The position numbers were made by a program, and so were the translations under genes. This document shows positions 1 through 10,576 of a stretch of 64,000 nt of DNA, in pieces. The notes beneath the pieces were generated by a model. The model did no database searches and was not told the DNA's origin. It was given only the letters and a program-made list of their open reading frames with translations. The stretch is from Candidatus Latescibacterota bacterium (GTDB taxonomy: Bacteria; Latescibacterota; UBA2968; UBA8231): positions 1,792,001-1,856,000 of the forward strand of contig OZ242318.1 of assembly GCA_965208105.1 (NCBI GenBank), read 5' to 3'. Position 1 is the first letter of the stretch. Every line of letters starts with the position of its first letter.

Positions 1-646
1 CCTGGGGAAGGTTCCGGACGACAGTACCGCCCAAAATGAATTTGAAGAAGCGGAACGCATTCTGCTGAACGATGGCGAAGTCGCAGCCGCTCAGCACTGC
101 AACAACGGTAGTGGTCCGCTGAATTACATCTTTGCCGCACTGATCAAACGCTTTGACACGCTTATGGTCGAACTTCGGGAATTCAAGCAGACCAATGAGA
201 GGCTCGGGCAATTGGCGGAACAGGCTGGGGCTGGAAGCCTCGGAAATTTTCTAATCCAGCAAAAGGAGCTGTCGGACCTCAAGGAGGAATTGATTCTGGA
301 GACCGAGGAAGCCGGGAAAAACTACCTGGGGAAATCCCTTGTATTGCTGAACACGATAGGAAATATTTCGCCGCTGCTGGGCCTTCTGGGTACCATTCTG
401 GGTATGATCACCGCCTTCGAGGCCATTGCGGTTGCAGGAACTGGCGATCCCAAGGTGGTTGCCGGCGGTATCTCACAGGCTCTCGTCACCACCGCGACCG
501 GGTTGTCCATTGCCATCCCTTCCATTGTGGCCTATCGCTACTTTGCCCGCAGGGCCGACAGTCTCCGATCCAAACTCAATGTCTACGGCCATGCCTTTGC
601 CAATACCCTGCTTGTGGCTGGCCAGACCCAGATGGAGAAAGAATAA
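1..646 (+). CDS. exbB: MotA/TolQ/ExbB proton channel protein (5'-truncated by window edge)
   Basis: Frame is open from position 2. Motifs 'ISPLLGLLGTILGMITAF' and 'GGISQALVTTATGLSIAIP' are typical of ExbB/TolQ. Followed by two ExbD genes. Confidence 0.9.
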   Translation, partial: LGKVPDDSTAQNEFEEAERILLNDGEVAAAQHCNNGSGPLNYIFAALIKRFDTLMVELREFKQTNERLGQLAEQAGAGSLGNFLIQQKELSDLKEELILETEEAGKNYLGKSLVLLNTIGNISPLLGLLGTILGMITAFEAIAVAGTGDPKVVAGGISQALVTTATGLSIAIPSIVAYRYFARRADSLRSKLNVYGHAFANTLLVAGQTQMEKE

Positions 647-655
647 GGGCAGCCC

Positions 656-1081
656 ATGGCCATTGTTCATCGACGCACACGAGAAAGTTTATCAGGGGAA
701 GAAGACACAGACCTGACTCCTTTGATTGACTGTGTCTTCCTTTTGCTGATCTTCTTCATGGTTACAACTGTCTTTCTTCACGCAAAAGGGCTTGATGTGG
801 ATTTGCCCGCCAAGAGCGAAGCGACCGAGCAGGAGAAGAAAAAGGATATCAACATTTATATCGATCCTGAAGGCAGGATTCAGCTCGGAGGCGAAGATGT
901 TGCTCCGGAAGGGTTAGTGAATCGAATCAAGGAGGCCATGGTAGAAGCCAACAACGAGAACATTATTGTCCAGGCCCATTTTGACTGCCCCCAGAAACAT
1001 GTGATTCTGGTAGTCGATGCAGCCAAAGCAGCGGATGTAGTCGGCATTGCTTTTGCCAAGGAAGAAGGAGGTAGTCTCTAG
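656..1081 (+). CDS. exbD: ExbD/TolR biopolymer transport protein
   Basis: 'DLTPLIDCVFLLLIFFMVTT' transmembrane signature with the conserved Asp. Confidence 0.92.
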   Translation: MAIVHRRTRESLSGEEDTDLTPLIDCVFLLLIFFMVTTVFLHAKGLDVDLPAKSEATEQEKKKDINIYIDPEGRIQLGGEDVAPEGLVNRIKEAMVEANNENIIVQAHFDCPQKHVILVVDAAKAADVVGIAFAKEEGGSL

Positions 1082-1082
1082 A

Positions 1083-1496
1083 ATGCCCAGGCGGCGATCT
1101 TCCATGCAACCGGAGAGTACCGAACTCAATCTGACCCCGATGATCGATTGCGTATTCTTGCTGATTATCTTCTTCATGGTCACAACGGTCTTCAAGGAAC
1201 CTCACAGCCTTAAGGTTGAACTTCCTGAGGCACGCCAATCCAATATCGTGGAAGAGAAAAAGCTTGTGGCCAGCATCGATAAATCAGGGCAGATGGAGAT
1301 CAACCGCCATTTGGTGAGCTTGGCGGAGCTTCCCAGTTTGCTTGCCCAGGAAAAGCAGAATACCCGCAGCATAACCCTGATTATCCGCACGGATAAAGAC
1401 ACCCGACATGGCCCTGTACTGGAAACAATGGAAATCGCCAAGAGACTTCAAATTGAAAAAGTCGTATTGGCGACAGAGGAACTCAAGGACAATTAG
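1083..1496 (+). CDS. exbD: ExbD/TolR biopolymer transport protein (second copy)
   Basis: 'NLTPMIDCVFLLIIFFMVTT'. Start reassigned to the ATG at 1083, directly after the previous stop, with GGAGG upstream. Confidence 0.92.
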   Translation: MPRRRSSMQPESTELNLTPMIDCVFLLIIFFMVTTVFKEPHSLKVELPEARQSNIVEEKKLVASIDKSGQMEINRHLVSLAELPSLLAQEKQNTRSITLIIRTDKDTRHGPVLETMEIAKRLQIEKVVLATEELKDN

Positions 1497-1798
1497 GAAC
1501 ACCACCCAACCTCCTGCCACATCTTCAGGTTAATCTTTCCCGCGCCTGTAACCTGGTCTTCAACATGGATCCCGCTGCCTCATCCCGGGATCCATTGCCA
1601 TGTACCCCGCAACCTGCCTTGCCCTGTTGACCATCCTGACCTGAATCCTTCCCTGCCTGGTCGCATTATCGACACGACTGGACCGGTTCCTCCTCGGATC
1701 GGTTGATGCCGGTCCTCAGGCGCTAGATATCACCTCCGTCTGCTCCACCTCTGCCATCCCCGTAATCTCGAGCCAGGCAGATCCAACCCTGCACCTCG

Positions 1799-2956
1799 TT
1801 ACCAGTTTGTATACGATCCGTCAGTTCGCGAAAGGTGGGGAGCCTCCCAAAACTGGAATTTCTGTTCCTTTGCGGCTTCTTCGTTGAAGGAAACCCCAAG
1901 CCCTGGACTATCTGGAACGAGTATCCGGTCTCCATGCAACTTCAATTGGCAGGGGAAAATTGTTTTGTCGTAGAACTGGGGGTCTTCGGTCGGGGACTCG
2001 CGGATTTCCATCCAGGAGAAATTGGGGATTGCGGCCGCGAGATGGACAGTTGCTGCAGTGCAGATCGGGCCCAGGGGATTGTGCGGCATCAGGTCGATGT
2101 AGTGTGCCTCCGCCATTGCAGCGACTTTCATTGATTCGGTGAAACCACCCACGTTGCAAATGTCCAGGCGGGCAAAATTAGCAATCCCTTTCTCAATGTA
2201 GGGCAGAAACTGCCACTTGCTTGAAAACTCCTCGCCAATCGCAAAAGGAATTTCGGTCATGGTCCGAAGCGACTGGTAGGCCGCTGGAGATTCGTCGCGA
2301 ATCGGCTCTTCCAGGAAGTCGATGGTCCCCCTCGGCATTCGCTGGCAGAATGACGCCGCCTCAGCGACAGACAGGCGATGGTGATAGTCGATGCCGATTG
2401 TCGGCCCGGAGCCCAGTTCCCTGCGCAGCTCCTTCAGCCAATCCGCCGTCAATCCGATTGACTCGCGAGGCTCGAATATACCTTCTTCTTCCTTCCTCGG
2501 GCTGGCCATTGCGGTACGAATCACCTTCCACCCTTTGTGGACCAAGAGCCTCCCATCTTCGATCAGTTGCTCCAGTGAGGACATTCCGCAAGAGGGGAAG
2601 CACTGCACAGCATCTCGCTGCTTCCCCCCCAGCAGCTGGTGTACGGGAATATCCAGCGACTTTGCGACAATGTCGTGAAGGGCTATATCGATCGCCGATA
2701 TGGCCGCTGTCAGGACGCGGCCGCCCTCGAAGTACTGGCTTCGGTACATCTCCTGCCACAAGGCACCCCTGGGCTTTGGATCACGACCGATCAGAAACTC
2801 GCGAAAGTGTTCGATCGCCCCCATCACCGCCAACTCTCTTCCGGAAAGACCAGATTCTCCGAGGCCGTCAATCCCTTCGTCCGTTTCAATCTTCACGACG
2901 AGCTGATTTCGGCGGCCAACCCAAACGGGGTATGCCCTTATATCCGTAATTTTCAA
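1799..2956 (-). CDS. Mandelate racemase/muconate lactonizing family enolase, D-galactonate dehydratase (DgoD)-like
   Basis: N-terminal 'AISAIDIALHDI', metal ligands 'DYHH..EEP..GEE', 'PHNPLGP', C-terminal 'PGLGV...RTDGSYTNW'. Confidence 0.85.
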   Translation of the reverse strand: MKITDIRAYPVWVGRRNQLVVKIETDEGIDGLGESGLSGRELAVMGAIEHFREFLIGRDPKPRGALWQEMYRSQYFEGGRVLTAAISAIDIALHDIVAKSLDIPVHQLLGGKQRDAVQCFPSCGMSSLEQLIEDGRLLVHKGWKVIRTAMASPRKEEEGIFEPRESIGLTADWLKELRRELGSGPTIGIDYHHRLSVAEAASFCQRMPRGTIDFLEEPIRDESPAAYQSLRTMTEIPFAIGEEFSSKWQFLPYIEKGIANFARLDICNVGGFTESMKVAAMAEAHYIDLMPHNPLGPICTAATVHLAAAIPNFSWMEIRESPTEDPQFYDKTIFPCQLKLHGDRILVPDSPGLGVSFNEEAAKEQKFQFWEAPHLSRTDGSYTNW

Positions 2957-3169
2957 ACGTTCCCCCCTTTCCTCATGAGTGGTAATTCTCGCCTATGCCC
3001 CGGCGGATACTTTTTTTCTCGCACCATCACTCTGGCTTGAGAAGAATTGCCTGTCGTCCAAGGGCGGCGCATTGTTTGGTCCTGGCCATAGGGCTATATT
3101 CGTTCTCATTGGTGCCCAGCTGCATGGAATCAATGAAATCCAAGGCTTGACATTCGGCAAGGAACACTG

Positions 3170-4675
3170 GTGGAATCCTTGAAAGGAGACCTGAAAAGTA
3201 TATTCCCGGGCGATGTATTGGCCGGAGTTACCGTCGCCCTTGTCGTGATTCCCCAATCAATCGCCTACGCTGATCTTGCCGGCATGCCCCCTTACACCGG
3301 ATTGCTGGCAGCCGCCTTGCCAGCCATTGCCGCTTCCTTCTTCTCCTCCTCGCCTTATTTGCAAACAGGTCCTGTCGCTCTCACTTCCATTCTGTCGTTT
3401 GGAGTGCTGAGTCAGCTGGCCCCACCTTCCAGCGCAAACTACATCTCATTGGCCGCCTCCCTCGCCCTCCTCGTCGGTGTTTTCAGAGTCCTTATCGGAG
3501 TATTCCACTTCGGCCAGATCGCCTATCTGATTTCTCGGCCGGTCCTTCTCGGATTCACAACCGCCGCCGCCCTGCTGATAATCCTGTCGCAACTCCCCAA
3601 ATCTCTTGGCATCGACATCGGGGACCGGAGCGTGGTCAATGGCGCAATTTTCTGCATCAGGCAACCTCAAAACTGGTTCATGCCCGCTGTTCTTGTCGCT
3701 GCCTTATCAATTGCAATCATTGCGGTTGGACGATGCATTCACAAGCTCTTCCCAGGGATTGCGCTGGCCGTTGTGCTCGGCCTCGTCGCCTCGGCATCAC
3801 TTTCCTACGGGGGGACCACTGTGGGAGACATCCCCAGCATTCTACCGCGGCTCTCGCTCCACATCCCCTGGCCCAGCCTTCCGAGCATTGCCTTGAGCGC
3901 CTTCGTCATTGCCCTGGTCGGGTTTGCCGAACCCGCATCCATTGCACGAAGTTATTCCACGCTCGATAAGATCCCCTGGAATGCCAACCGGGAATTCATC
4001 AGCCAGGGGATCGCCAATATCACCGCCGGTGCGGTGGGTGGGTTCCCCGTCGGTGGTTCCTTTTCACGCACCTCGATTAACCGCCTTGCCGGCGCCCGAA
4101 GCCGGTTCAGTGGTCTCATTACCGGTTGCACTGTCCTCGCATTTGCGCCATTCAGCCATATCCTGTCGAATCTGCCCACGGCGGTACTCGGGGGCATCGT
4201 CATCGCCGCGGTCCTGAACCTGATCTCCTTCAAGGAACTTTGGCACCTGAAATCCTACTCGACGCCACAGGCCTGTATCGGGTGGGTTACATTTTTCGCC
4301 TGTTTCCTCCTCGCCCCCCGGATCGATATCGCGATTCTTGCGGGCATTGGAATCGCGGTTGCCCATCATCTCAGAAGGGAACAAAGGCTCGTTATTGAAA
4401 GTTGGTTCTACGACAACTCGGTCCACATCAAGCCGAAGGGCGTATTGTGGTTCGGGTCGATCGCCAATTTTGAAACCGAACTCCAGCACCTTCTCAACCG
4501 CCACCGTGAAGCAGAAAAGGTCATCCTTCACCTCGAGGGTCTGGGCCGGATCGATCTAAGCGCAGCGGTCAGCCTTTGGGACATTGTGAACACGGCCAAG
4601 GAAAGTGGAATCGAGGTGAGAATCGAGAACGTGCCGCCCATGGCAAAGGCCTGGTCAAAGCGCCTCTGGCGGTAA
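3170..4675 (+). CDS. SulP/SLC26 anion transporter with C-terminal STAS domain
   Basis: 'GDVLAGVTVALVVIPQSIAYA.LAG.PP..GL', 'GGSFSRT', STAS-like 'LWFGS...RIDLSA'. Confidence 0.92.
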   Translation: MESLKGDLKSIFPGDVLAGVTVALVVIPQSIAYADLAGMPPYTGLLAAALPAIAASFFSSSPYLQTGPVALTSILSFGVLSQLAPPSSANYISLAASLALLVGVFRVLIGVFHFGQIAYLISRPVLLGFTTAAALLIILSQLPKSLGIDIGDRSVVNGAIFCIRQPQNWFMPAVLVAALSIAIIAVGRCIHKLFPGIALAVVLGLVASASLSYGGTTVGDIPSILPRLSLHIPWPSLPSIALSAFVIALVGFAEPASIARSYSTLDKIPWNANREFISQGIANITAGAVGGFPVGGSFSRTSINRLAGARSRFSGLITGCTVLAFAPFSHILSNLPTAVLGGIVIAAVLNLISFKELWHLKSYSTPQACIGWVTFFACFLLAPRIDIAILAGIGIAVAHHLRREQRLVIESWFYDNSVHIKPKGVLWFGSIANFETELQHLLNRHREAEKVILHLEGLGRIDLSAAVSLWDIVNTAKESGIEVRIENVPPMAKAWSKRLWR

Positions 4676-4720
4676 CTCCGCCGTTCATGGAATGACACCG
4701 GGACCGAGAAAGGGCTTGAA

Positions 4721-6028
4721 ATGATTTCATCACCACAACGATCCAACGAACAACTGAATCGCCGCGACATCCCACTGGCTGTGGCCGAAGAAACATCTCC
4801 CGAACGCCTGATCGTAGATGACTGGCACACCCACCTTCTAGGTCCGAGGGCAGGCTCGAGACTATCGCTCTACGGCATTGACCACCAACTCACATACCAC
4901 TATGTGAGGAGGAAGCTCTTTGGCGGCGGCTACGTAGACCCGGACACCTTCTATAGCTGGGATATTGAGAAGCAGGGAGATTTTACGTGGCAAACTCTAT
5001 TTGTCGATGCACCCTCGGACTGCTTCGACGAAGGCTGCCGCGGGGTAGTGGTCGCAATGGAAGCGCTGGGTCTCAATCCCAACAGTGCCACATTGGACCA
5101 GGCGAGACAGTTCTACGCCGACACCGATCCCGAAGAGATTCAAAGGCGATGTATGTCACTGTCTGGAGTACGCCGCATGGTCGGGACCCAGGACGTCTTC
5201 AACGACGAGGAACGCGATTACTATGAGCAAGGCGAATGGGACGAGAGCTATTTGTCGGGTTTTCGCCTGGACGAGCTGGTCCTCCATTACCCCCGCGCGA
5301 TGGACAAGTTATCGGCCTGGGGATATAACGTCGAATCCGACCCGACGCGGCCCGGCACCACCGGCGAGATTCGCCGTTTCCTGTATGATTGGCACGCCAA
5401 ACTTCCAAATGTAGTCTACGGTGCATGCTCCTTCCCACCCCACTGTCAAGTCCACGACATCAGCACCATGGAAGGCTCTATTCTCCACCATGCGGTTCTA
5501 CCCGTCCTCAAGGACCTGGAATCTCCGTTTTTCATGATGCCGGGCCCCATTCGGCAACTTCAGTCGCAATGGCGAGAGGCAGGGGATGGAGCGGGATTGT
5601 CGGACATGCGCCCGTACCAGGAACTGGTGCGGCGACACCAGGAGAACGCCTTTTTCATCACCCCCCTTCACAACGCCAACCAGTACGACGCGAGCGTCAT
5701 GACCTGCCACAACCACAACGTCATGGCAATTGGCCACTGGTGGTTCAACTACCACCCCGGCCTGGTGGAGACCGACCTGCGCATGCGTCTGGAAATGACG
5801 GGCGATCGGTTTGTCCCATTCAACTCGGATGCCCGCGTCCTCGAAAATCTCATTCCCAAGTGGCGCCGGTTTCGACAAATCCTGGCAAAGGTACTGACCG
5901 AAAAATATCTCGACCTGCACGACGCCGGACGCCGCATAACCCGGGCGGACATGGCCAGGACTCTTGACACCCTGTTCGACCCCAACCGCTTTTTCAATGG
6001 TCCTATCCGCACTTTCCAAGCCAAATGA
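4721..6028 (+). CDS. uxaC: Uronate (glucuronate) isomerase, amidohydrolase superfamily, BH0493-like subtype
   Basis: HxH 'DWHTHL', 'GID..LTYHY', 'WWFN', 'SDARVLE.LI.KW'. Confidence 0.8.
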   Translation: MISSPQRSNEQLNRRDIPLAVAEETSPERLIVDDWHTHLLGPRAGSRLSLYGIDHQLTYHYVRRKLFGGGYVDPDTFYSWDIEKQGDFTWQTLFVDAPSDCFDEGCRGVVVAMEALGLNPNSATLDQARQFYADTDPEEIQRRCMSLSGVRRMVGTQDVFNDEERDYYEQGEWDESYLSGFRLDELVLHYPRAMDKLSAWGYNVESDPTRPGTTGEIRRFLYDWHAKLPNVVYGACSFPPHCQVHDISTMEGSILHHAVLPVLKDLESPFFMMPGPIRQLQSQWREAGDGAGLSDMRPYQELVRRHQENAFFITPLHNANQYDASVMTCHNHNVMAIGHWWFNYHPGLVETDLRMRLEMTGDRFVPFNSDARVLENLIPKWRRFRQILAKVLTEKYLDLHDAGRRITRADMARTLDTLFDPNRFFNGPIRTFQAK

Positions 6029-6465
6029 AGGTTCTGCTACAGCGAGTCCGCCGAGCTCAAGTCCTGGTTGATTCCGAGGTCAAAGGCTGCATCGGTCCTG
6101 GTCTGGTTCTTTTCGTGGGATTCAGTCACGGAGACGATGAAAAGGCCCTGCGTTTCTGCGCTGAAAAATGCGCCAACCTCCGGGTCTTTGCCGACGATAC
6201 CGGCAAGATGAACCGCTCGGTCCTGGATGAAAAGGGCTCGGTCCTGGCTGTCTCCCAGTTCACCCTATATGGAGACTGCCGCAAGGGGCGCCGGCCCAGC
6301 TTTGTTCAGGCAGCACCTCCCGAGCAAGCAGGACTGCTCTACGAGCGCTTTATCGCCTTGTTGCAAGAGTTGGGCTTGAAAGTAGCCCAAGGGGTATTCG
6401 GCGCCCATATGTCCGTCGAGGTATTCAACGATGGCCCCGTGACTTTGCTGTTGGAGAGTCCCTGA
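6025..6465 (+). CDS. dtd: D-aminoacyl-tRNA deacylase
   Basis: 'QRV', 'SQFTL', 'KGRRPSF', 'FGA.M.V...NDGPVT'. Confidence 0.97.
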   Translation: MKVLLQRVRRAQVLVDSEVKGCIGPGLVLFVGFSHGDDEKALRFCAEKCANLRVFADDTGKMNRSVLDEKGSVLAVSQFTLYGDCRKGRRPSFVQAAPPEQAGLLYERFIALLQELGLKVAQGVFGAHMSVEVFNDGPVTLLLESP

Positions 6466-7100
6466 TGCGAACCCACGCAAACCCTCACCTCGTCCTGGGC
6501 TCCGGGTCTCCGAGGCGGGTTGCCCTGATGCAACAGCTGGACCTGCCCTTCGAGCAGCTGCCCAGCCCGGAGCCGGAACCTGCCCTGCGCAACGGACCGC
6601 CCGAGGAGCAGGTGGTTGAAGCTGCCTTGACCAAAGCTCTGGCGGTCCAACGGGTTTTGCGCGACCGGTCCGACGATGGCCGAGTTACCATTGTCATAGG
6701 CGCCGATACCACGGTCTATTTCGAGAATAAAATCCTGGGCAAACCCGCCGACGAAAGCGATGCCGCCGCCATGCTGAGGACCCTCTCGGGCCGAATCCAC
6801 CGTGTTTATACCGGGTTGGCCCTTGTATCCTCCGACCACCGCCAGCTGCGCGACTTCGCCATGACCCGGGTTTGTATGCGCCCACTCTCTGGGGCGGAAA
6901 TCAGCGCTTATATTCGCACTGGTGAACCGCTGGACAAAGCAGGGGCCTACGGGATTCAAGGAAGGGGCGCGCGTTTCATTGAGTACATAGAAGGTTGTTA
7001 TTATAATGTAGTCGGCATGCCTTTGGCACGGCTTTGTACCTTGCTCGAAGAGGCGGGGTACGATTTTGTCGAGGGGACCGGCGAGGTCGGGAAGCAATGA
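6465..7100 (+). CDS. maf: Maf family nucleoside triphosphate pyrophosphatase
   Basis: 'LGSGSPRR', 'IGADT.V', 'ILGKP', 'DKAGAYGIQG', 'GCYYNVVGMPL'. Confidence 0.96.
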   Translation: MRTHANPHLVLGSGSPRRVALMQQLDLPFEQLPSPEPEPALRNGPPEEQVVEAALTKALAVQRVLRDRSDDGRVTIVIGADTTVYFENKILGKPADESDAAAMLRTLSGRIHRVYTGLALVSSDHRQLRDFAMTRVCMRPLSGAEISAYIRTGEPLDKAGAYGIQGRGARFIEYIEGCYYNVVGMPLARLCTLLEEAGYDFVEGTGEVGKQ

Positions 7101-8101
7101 ATGAGAGAATGAGCCTATCGCAACAATTGCGCCGGGCGCGCGAAGAGCGCGGGGAAAGCCTGGAGGAGGTCCACAAGCAAACCAGCATAAGCCTGGAGGT
7201 CCTCAGAGGCCTGGAAGCAGACCGGTTCGATATCATCGAACCGGTGTTTACCCGGATGGTTCTAGCCGAATACGCGGGTCGATACGGGATGGACGTAGAG
7301 TCCGTTCTGCGCCAATTCGACAGGACCATCGCTCCAGCCCTGAAGGTTGCCCAGCCCCAGGTACCCGGATCCGCTGCACAAGCTGCTTCGAGATCCCTGC
7401 GACCAGGAGTTCTTTCGACTTGGCTATTGAGTGGCGGGCTCTCTCTCCTGATTCTCCTGGTGGTCGTAATTTTAATTTTCCGAAACGGCGATCCTCCCCC
7501 GGATTACAGCGAAATTTCTCCCCTGGGAGCGCCCGCGGACACCCTGGCGGAAAAGAGCAACCGCAGTCGGACAGGAGCCGTAGTTGTCCCTGGCGCGGTG
7601 CAACCACCTTCCTCCCTGGAAACCTCGAACCAGGCATCGGTCGCAGAACTACAACCGTCGGGATCCGGGCCAGCGCCCCAGTTGCCGGCATCTGTCGAAA
7701 TTGACTCCACCTCAACTGAGCTTGCCCCGGTTGATACGGTGTCCGAAATATCTCTGCAAGGCCCAGGCTCCCAGCCTTCCCCTGCCGACAATGATTCGGT
7801 CCTTGTCCTTGAGATAGAAGCCGTGGATTCCACATGGGTCCGGATCAGATGGGACAATGGAGGCGATTTCGAGGCCACGGTCCCTCCTGGATTCAAGCGA
7901 CGCTGGGAAACTCGAAACCACTTCTTCGTCCATTCGGGCCGCCCCCACGGCATCCGCTATTGGTTCCAGGGCGAGCTTCTGGGCGGCGGATACCTGGGAA
8001 ATCCCTCCAGGGTATTGCGTTTCAAGGCCTCCAAGGAAGGTGTGACCCTGCTTGGCGCGGATCCTGAACTTCCGGCCCCGGCGGCAGACAGCAGTCCATG
8101 A
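7097..8101 (+). CDS. rodZ: RodZ-like membrane protein (HTH, TM, low-complexity linker, DUF4115-like C-terminus)
   Basis: N-terminal HTH 'LRRAREERG.SLEEV...T.IS...L..LE', single TM segment, C-terminal 'LEIEAVDSTWVRI'. Start at 7097 overlaps the maf stop (ATGA). Confidence 0.72.
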   Translation: MNERMSLSQQLRRAREERGESLEEVHKQTSISLEVLRGLEADRFDIIEPVFTRMVLAEYAGRYGMDVESVLRQFDRTIAPALKVAQPQVPGSAAQAASRSLRPGVLSTWLLSGGLSLLILLVVVILIFRNGDPPPDYSEISPLGAPADTLAEKSNRSRTGAVVVPGAVQPPSSLETSNQASVAELQPSGSGPAPQLPASVEIDSTSTELAPVDTVSEISLQGPGSQPSPADNDSVLVLEIEAVDSTWVRIRWDNGGDFEATVPPGFKRRWETRNHFFVHSGRPHGIRYWFQGELLGGGYLGNPSRVLRFKASKEGVTLLGADPELPAPAADSSP

Positions 8102-10560
8102 GGCGGCTCTACGCAGAGGTCGCCCTACCACCTCCACTGAACCGGCAACTTTTATACGGCCTGCCTTCTGCATTGGAAGGGGACGTGCAGACCGGCAGTA
8201 TTGTGCTGGTTCCCGTAGTTCAGCGTCTGATGAGCGGGGTAGTGACCGGCTTCGTCGATCCCCCGCTTCCCGAAGCCAAGCTCGGCCCGGAGGATATTCG
8301 CGATGTCTCCCAGGTGTTTGGCCGTGATTCATATCTCGATCAGGACCTGATCGAGATATGCCGCTGGATGGCGGGGTACTACTTTGCACCTCTAGGCACT
8401 GCCCTGAGCATTGCCCTTCCACCCGGTCTTCAACTCGCCTCCAAACGCCTGGTGCGGCTCAGTTCGAAGGCCACGCTTCCCCGGCCTTCCCATTCCATGG
8501 ATGGACAACTGCTCGACCTGTTGAGATCTCACGGTCCCCTGAAGGTCACTACCCTGCGGCGGCGCCTCGGAACTCAAGGGCTCGAAGGTGCGTTGCGTCG
8601 CCTCGTGCGCCACGGACAGGTGGAATTGGTTCCCGTCTTCGAGTCCCCTCCCGTCCGCCGCCAGGTGCACATGCGCCTGGTCGATAGAGGCAGGGCCGAG
8701 TCTGCCCTTGCCCAACTGCGCAGGAGAGCCCGCCGCCAGGCTGCCTGCCTCAGCTTCCTGCTGGGCTGCGGGTCCGCCTCGAGAAAAACCATGACGCAAC
8801 GAGGATTCAGCGCTTCCGTGCTGGATTCCTTGTGTGCACGCGGCCTGATCGAGCGCTTTGACGGCGAAGTTATGCGCGATCCCCTTGCCCACATTAAATC
8901 CGACCCGCCGGCTCACCACGACCTTACTCCAGCCCAGCAGACAGCAATGGAGACGATCGAGGCCGCACTCGATCAGGAGGAATTCTTTCCGGTTCTCCTC
9001 CAGGGCGTCACGGGCAGCGGCAAGACCCAGGTCTACATTTGCGCAGTTGCCAAGGCCCTGGAACAAGGCAAGGGGGCCATTGTCCTGGTCCCCGAAATCG
9101 CTCTTGCCTGGCAAGTGGTGAGGCAATTCAAGGCCCGGTTCGGGGAGCAGGTGGCCGTGCTGCACAGCCAGTTGTCCGCGGGAGAGCGCTACGACACCTG
9201 GCGCCGACTACGCCGCGGGGAGCAGCGCGTCGTCATCGGCGCGCGGTCCGCCGTCCTGGCTCCTATTCAGCGGCCCGGCCTCATCGTTGTGGACGAAGAG
9301 CACGACGGCTCCTATAAACAGGAAGATCCCGAGGGCCGCCATTCCCTCTCCTACAGCGCCCGGGATCTTGCCTTGATGCGGGGGAAGAAGCATGGGGCCG
9401 TTGTGATCCTTGGATCTGCGACCCCGAGCCTTGAGTCCTACTGGAATGCGCGCTCCGGCAAGTACCACCAGCTCACCTTGCCACATCGCATTGACGCCCG
9501 CCCCTTGCCCAAGGTGGAGATCGTCGACATGCGGCAGGAGCCATTTCAAAAAAAGCAGCGGGCCATCTTTTCGCGCACCCTGCGGCTCAAAATCCAGGAA
9601 CGTTTGTTGCAGGGAGAGAAAATCGTCCTCCTTCAAAACCGCCGGGGCTTCTCCCCTTTCCTCCTTTGCTCCTCCTGCGGCTCGGCGATACAGTGCAATA
9701 GCTGCCGTGTCTCCCTGACTTACCACCGCAGCCGCAACCCGGAAATGCGCTGCCACTACTGCAACGCCCGGGCTCCCATTCCCGAATCCTGTTCCCATTG
9801 CGGCAGCGTCGAACTGCGTTTCCAGGGAGTTGGCACCCAACGGGTGGAAGAGGCCCTGCTGGAACAGTTTCCCGGCGTGCGCGTCATTCGCATGGACCTG
9901 GATACTACCGGCGGCAAAAATTCCCACGACGAACTGGTCGAGCGCTTCCGCCGCGGAGAGGCCGACCTGCTCCTGGGAACCCAGATGGTAGCCAAAGGGC
10001 TTGACTTCCCCGAGGTAACCCTGGTCGGGGTCATCTCCGCCGACACAGGCATGCATCTGCCCGAGTTCCGCGCCGCCGAGCGCAGTTTTCAACTTCTCAC
10101 ACAGGTGGCCGGACGCTCGGGGAGAGGACCTGTTCCGGGCGAGGTCGTGATTCAGACCCTTTTGCCCGAGGCCCCCGTACTGCGGGCGGCGGCCAGGCAG
10201 GACTTTGCCGCCTTTGTCGAGCAGGAGTTGGAGGAACGCCGGGCCGCAGGTTACCCCCCGTTTGGCCGCTTGATCGTCTTCTTGTGGAGCGGCCTCGACG
10301 AAGAAGCCCTTGTAGAGGTTGCCCGGGAGAGCACCTCCCGCCTGCGCCGGACCATCGGTGGCGATGCCTGGCTTCTGGGGCCCGCTCCGGCTCCCCTGGC
10401 TCGACTCCGGGACCGCTACCGCTGGCAGGCTCTGCTGCGCGGCTCTTCGGTCCGGCAACTCCACGCTCTGGCAGACCGGGCATTGCCGGACATGCGCAAG
10501 GCAGCTGAAAAAAGAAAGGTCCGCTTGACCGTCAACGTCGATCCGCTCACCATGATGTGA
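8098..10560 (+). CDS. priA: Primosomal protein N' (replication restart helicase)
   Basis: 'GVTGSGKT', 'VDEEH', four CxxC pairs, 'GTQMVAKGLDFP', 'QVAGRSGR'. Confidence 0.98.
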   Translation: MRRLYAEVALPPPLNRQLLYGLPSALEGDVQTGSIVLVPVVQRLMSGVVTGFVDPPLPEAKLGPEDIRDVSQVFGRDSYLDQDLIEICRWMAGYYFAPLGTALSIALPPGLQLASKRLVRLSSKATLPRPSHSMDGQLLDLLRSHGPLKVTTLRRRLGTQGLEGALRRLVRHGQVELVPVFESPPVRRQVHMRLVDRGRAESALAQLRRRARRQAACLSFLLGCGSASRKTMTQRGFSASVLDSLCARGLIERFDGEVMRDPLAHIKSDPPAHHDLTPAQQTAMETIEAALDQEEFFPVLLQGVTGSGKTQVYICAVAKALEQGKGAIVLVPEIALAWQVVRQFKARFGEQVAVLHSQLSAGERYDTWRRLRRGEQRVVIGARSAVLAPIQRPGLIVVDEEHDGSYKQEDPEGRHSLSYSARDLALMRGKKHGAVVILGSATPSLESYWNARSGKYHQLTLPHRIDARPLPKVEIVDMRQEPFQKKQRAIFSRTLRLKIQERLLQGEKIVLLQNRRGFSPFLLCSSCGSAIQCNSCRVSLTYHRSRNPEMRCHYCNARAPIPESCSHCGSVELRFQGVGTQRVEEALLEQFPGVRVIRMDLDTTGGKNSHDELVERFRRGEADLLLGTQMVAKGLDFPEVTLVGVISADTGMHLPEFRAAERSFQLLTQVAGRSGRGPVPGEVVIQTLLPEAPVLRAAARQDFAAFVEQELEERRAAGYPPFGRLIVFLWSGLDEEALVEVARESTSRLRRTIGGDAWLLGPAPAPLARLRDRYRWQALLRGSSVRQLHALADRALPDMRKAAEKRKVRLTVNVDPLTMM

Positions 10561-10576
10561 CCTTTCAGGTCCAACC

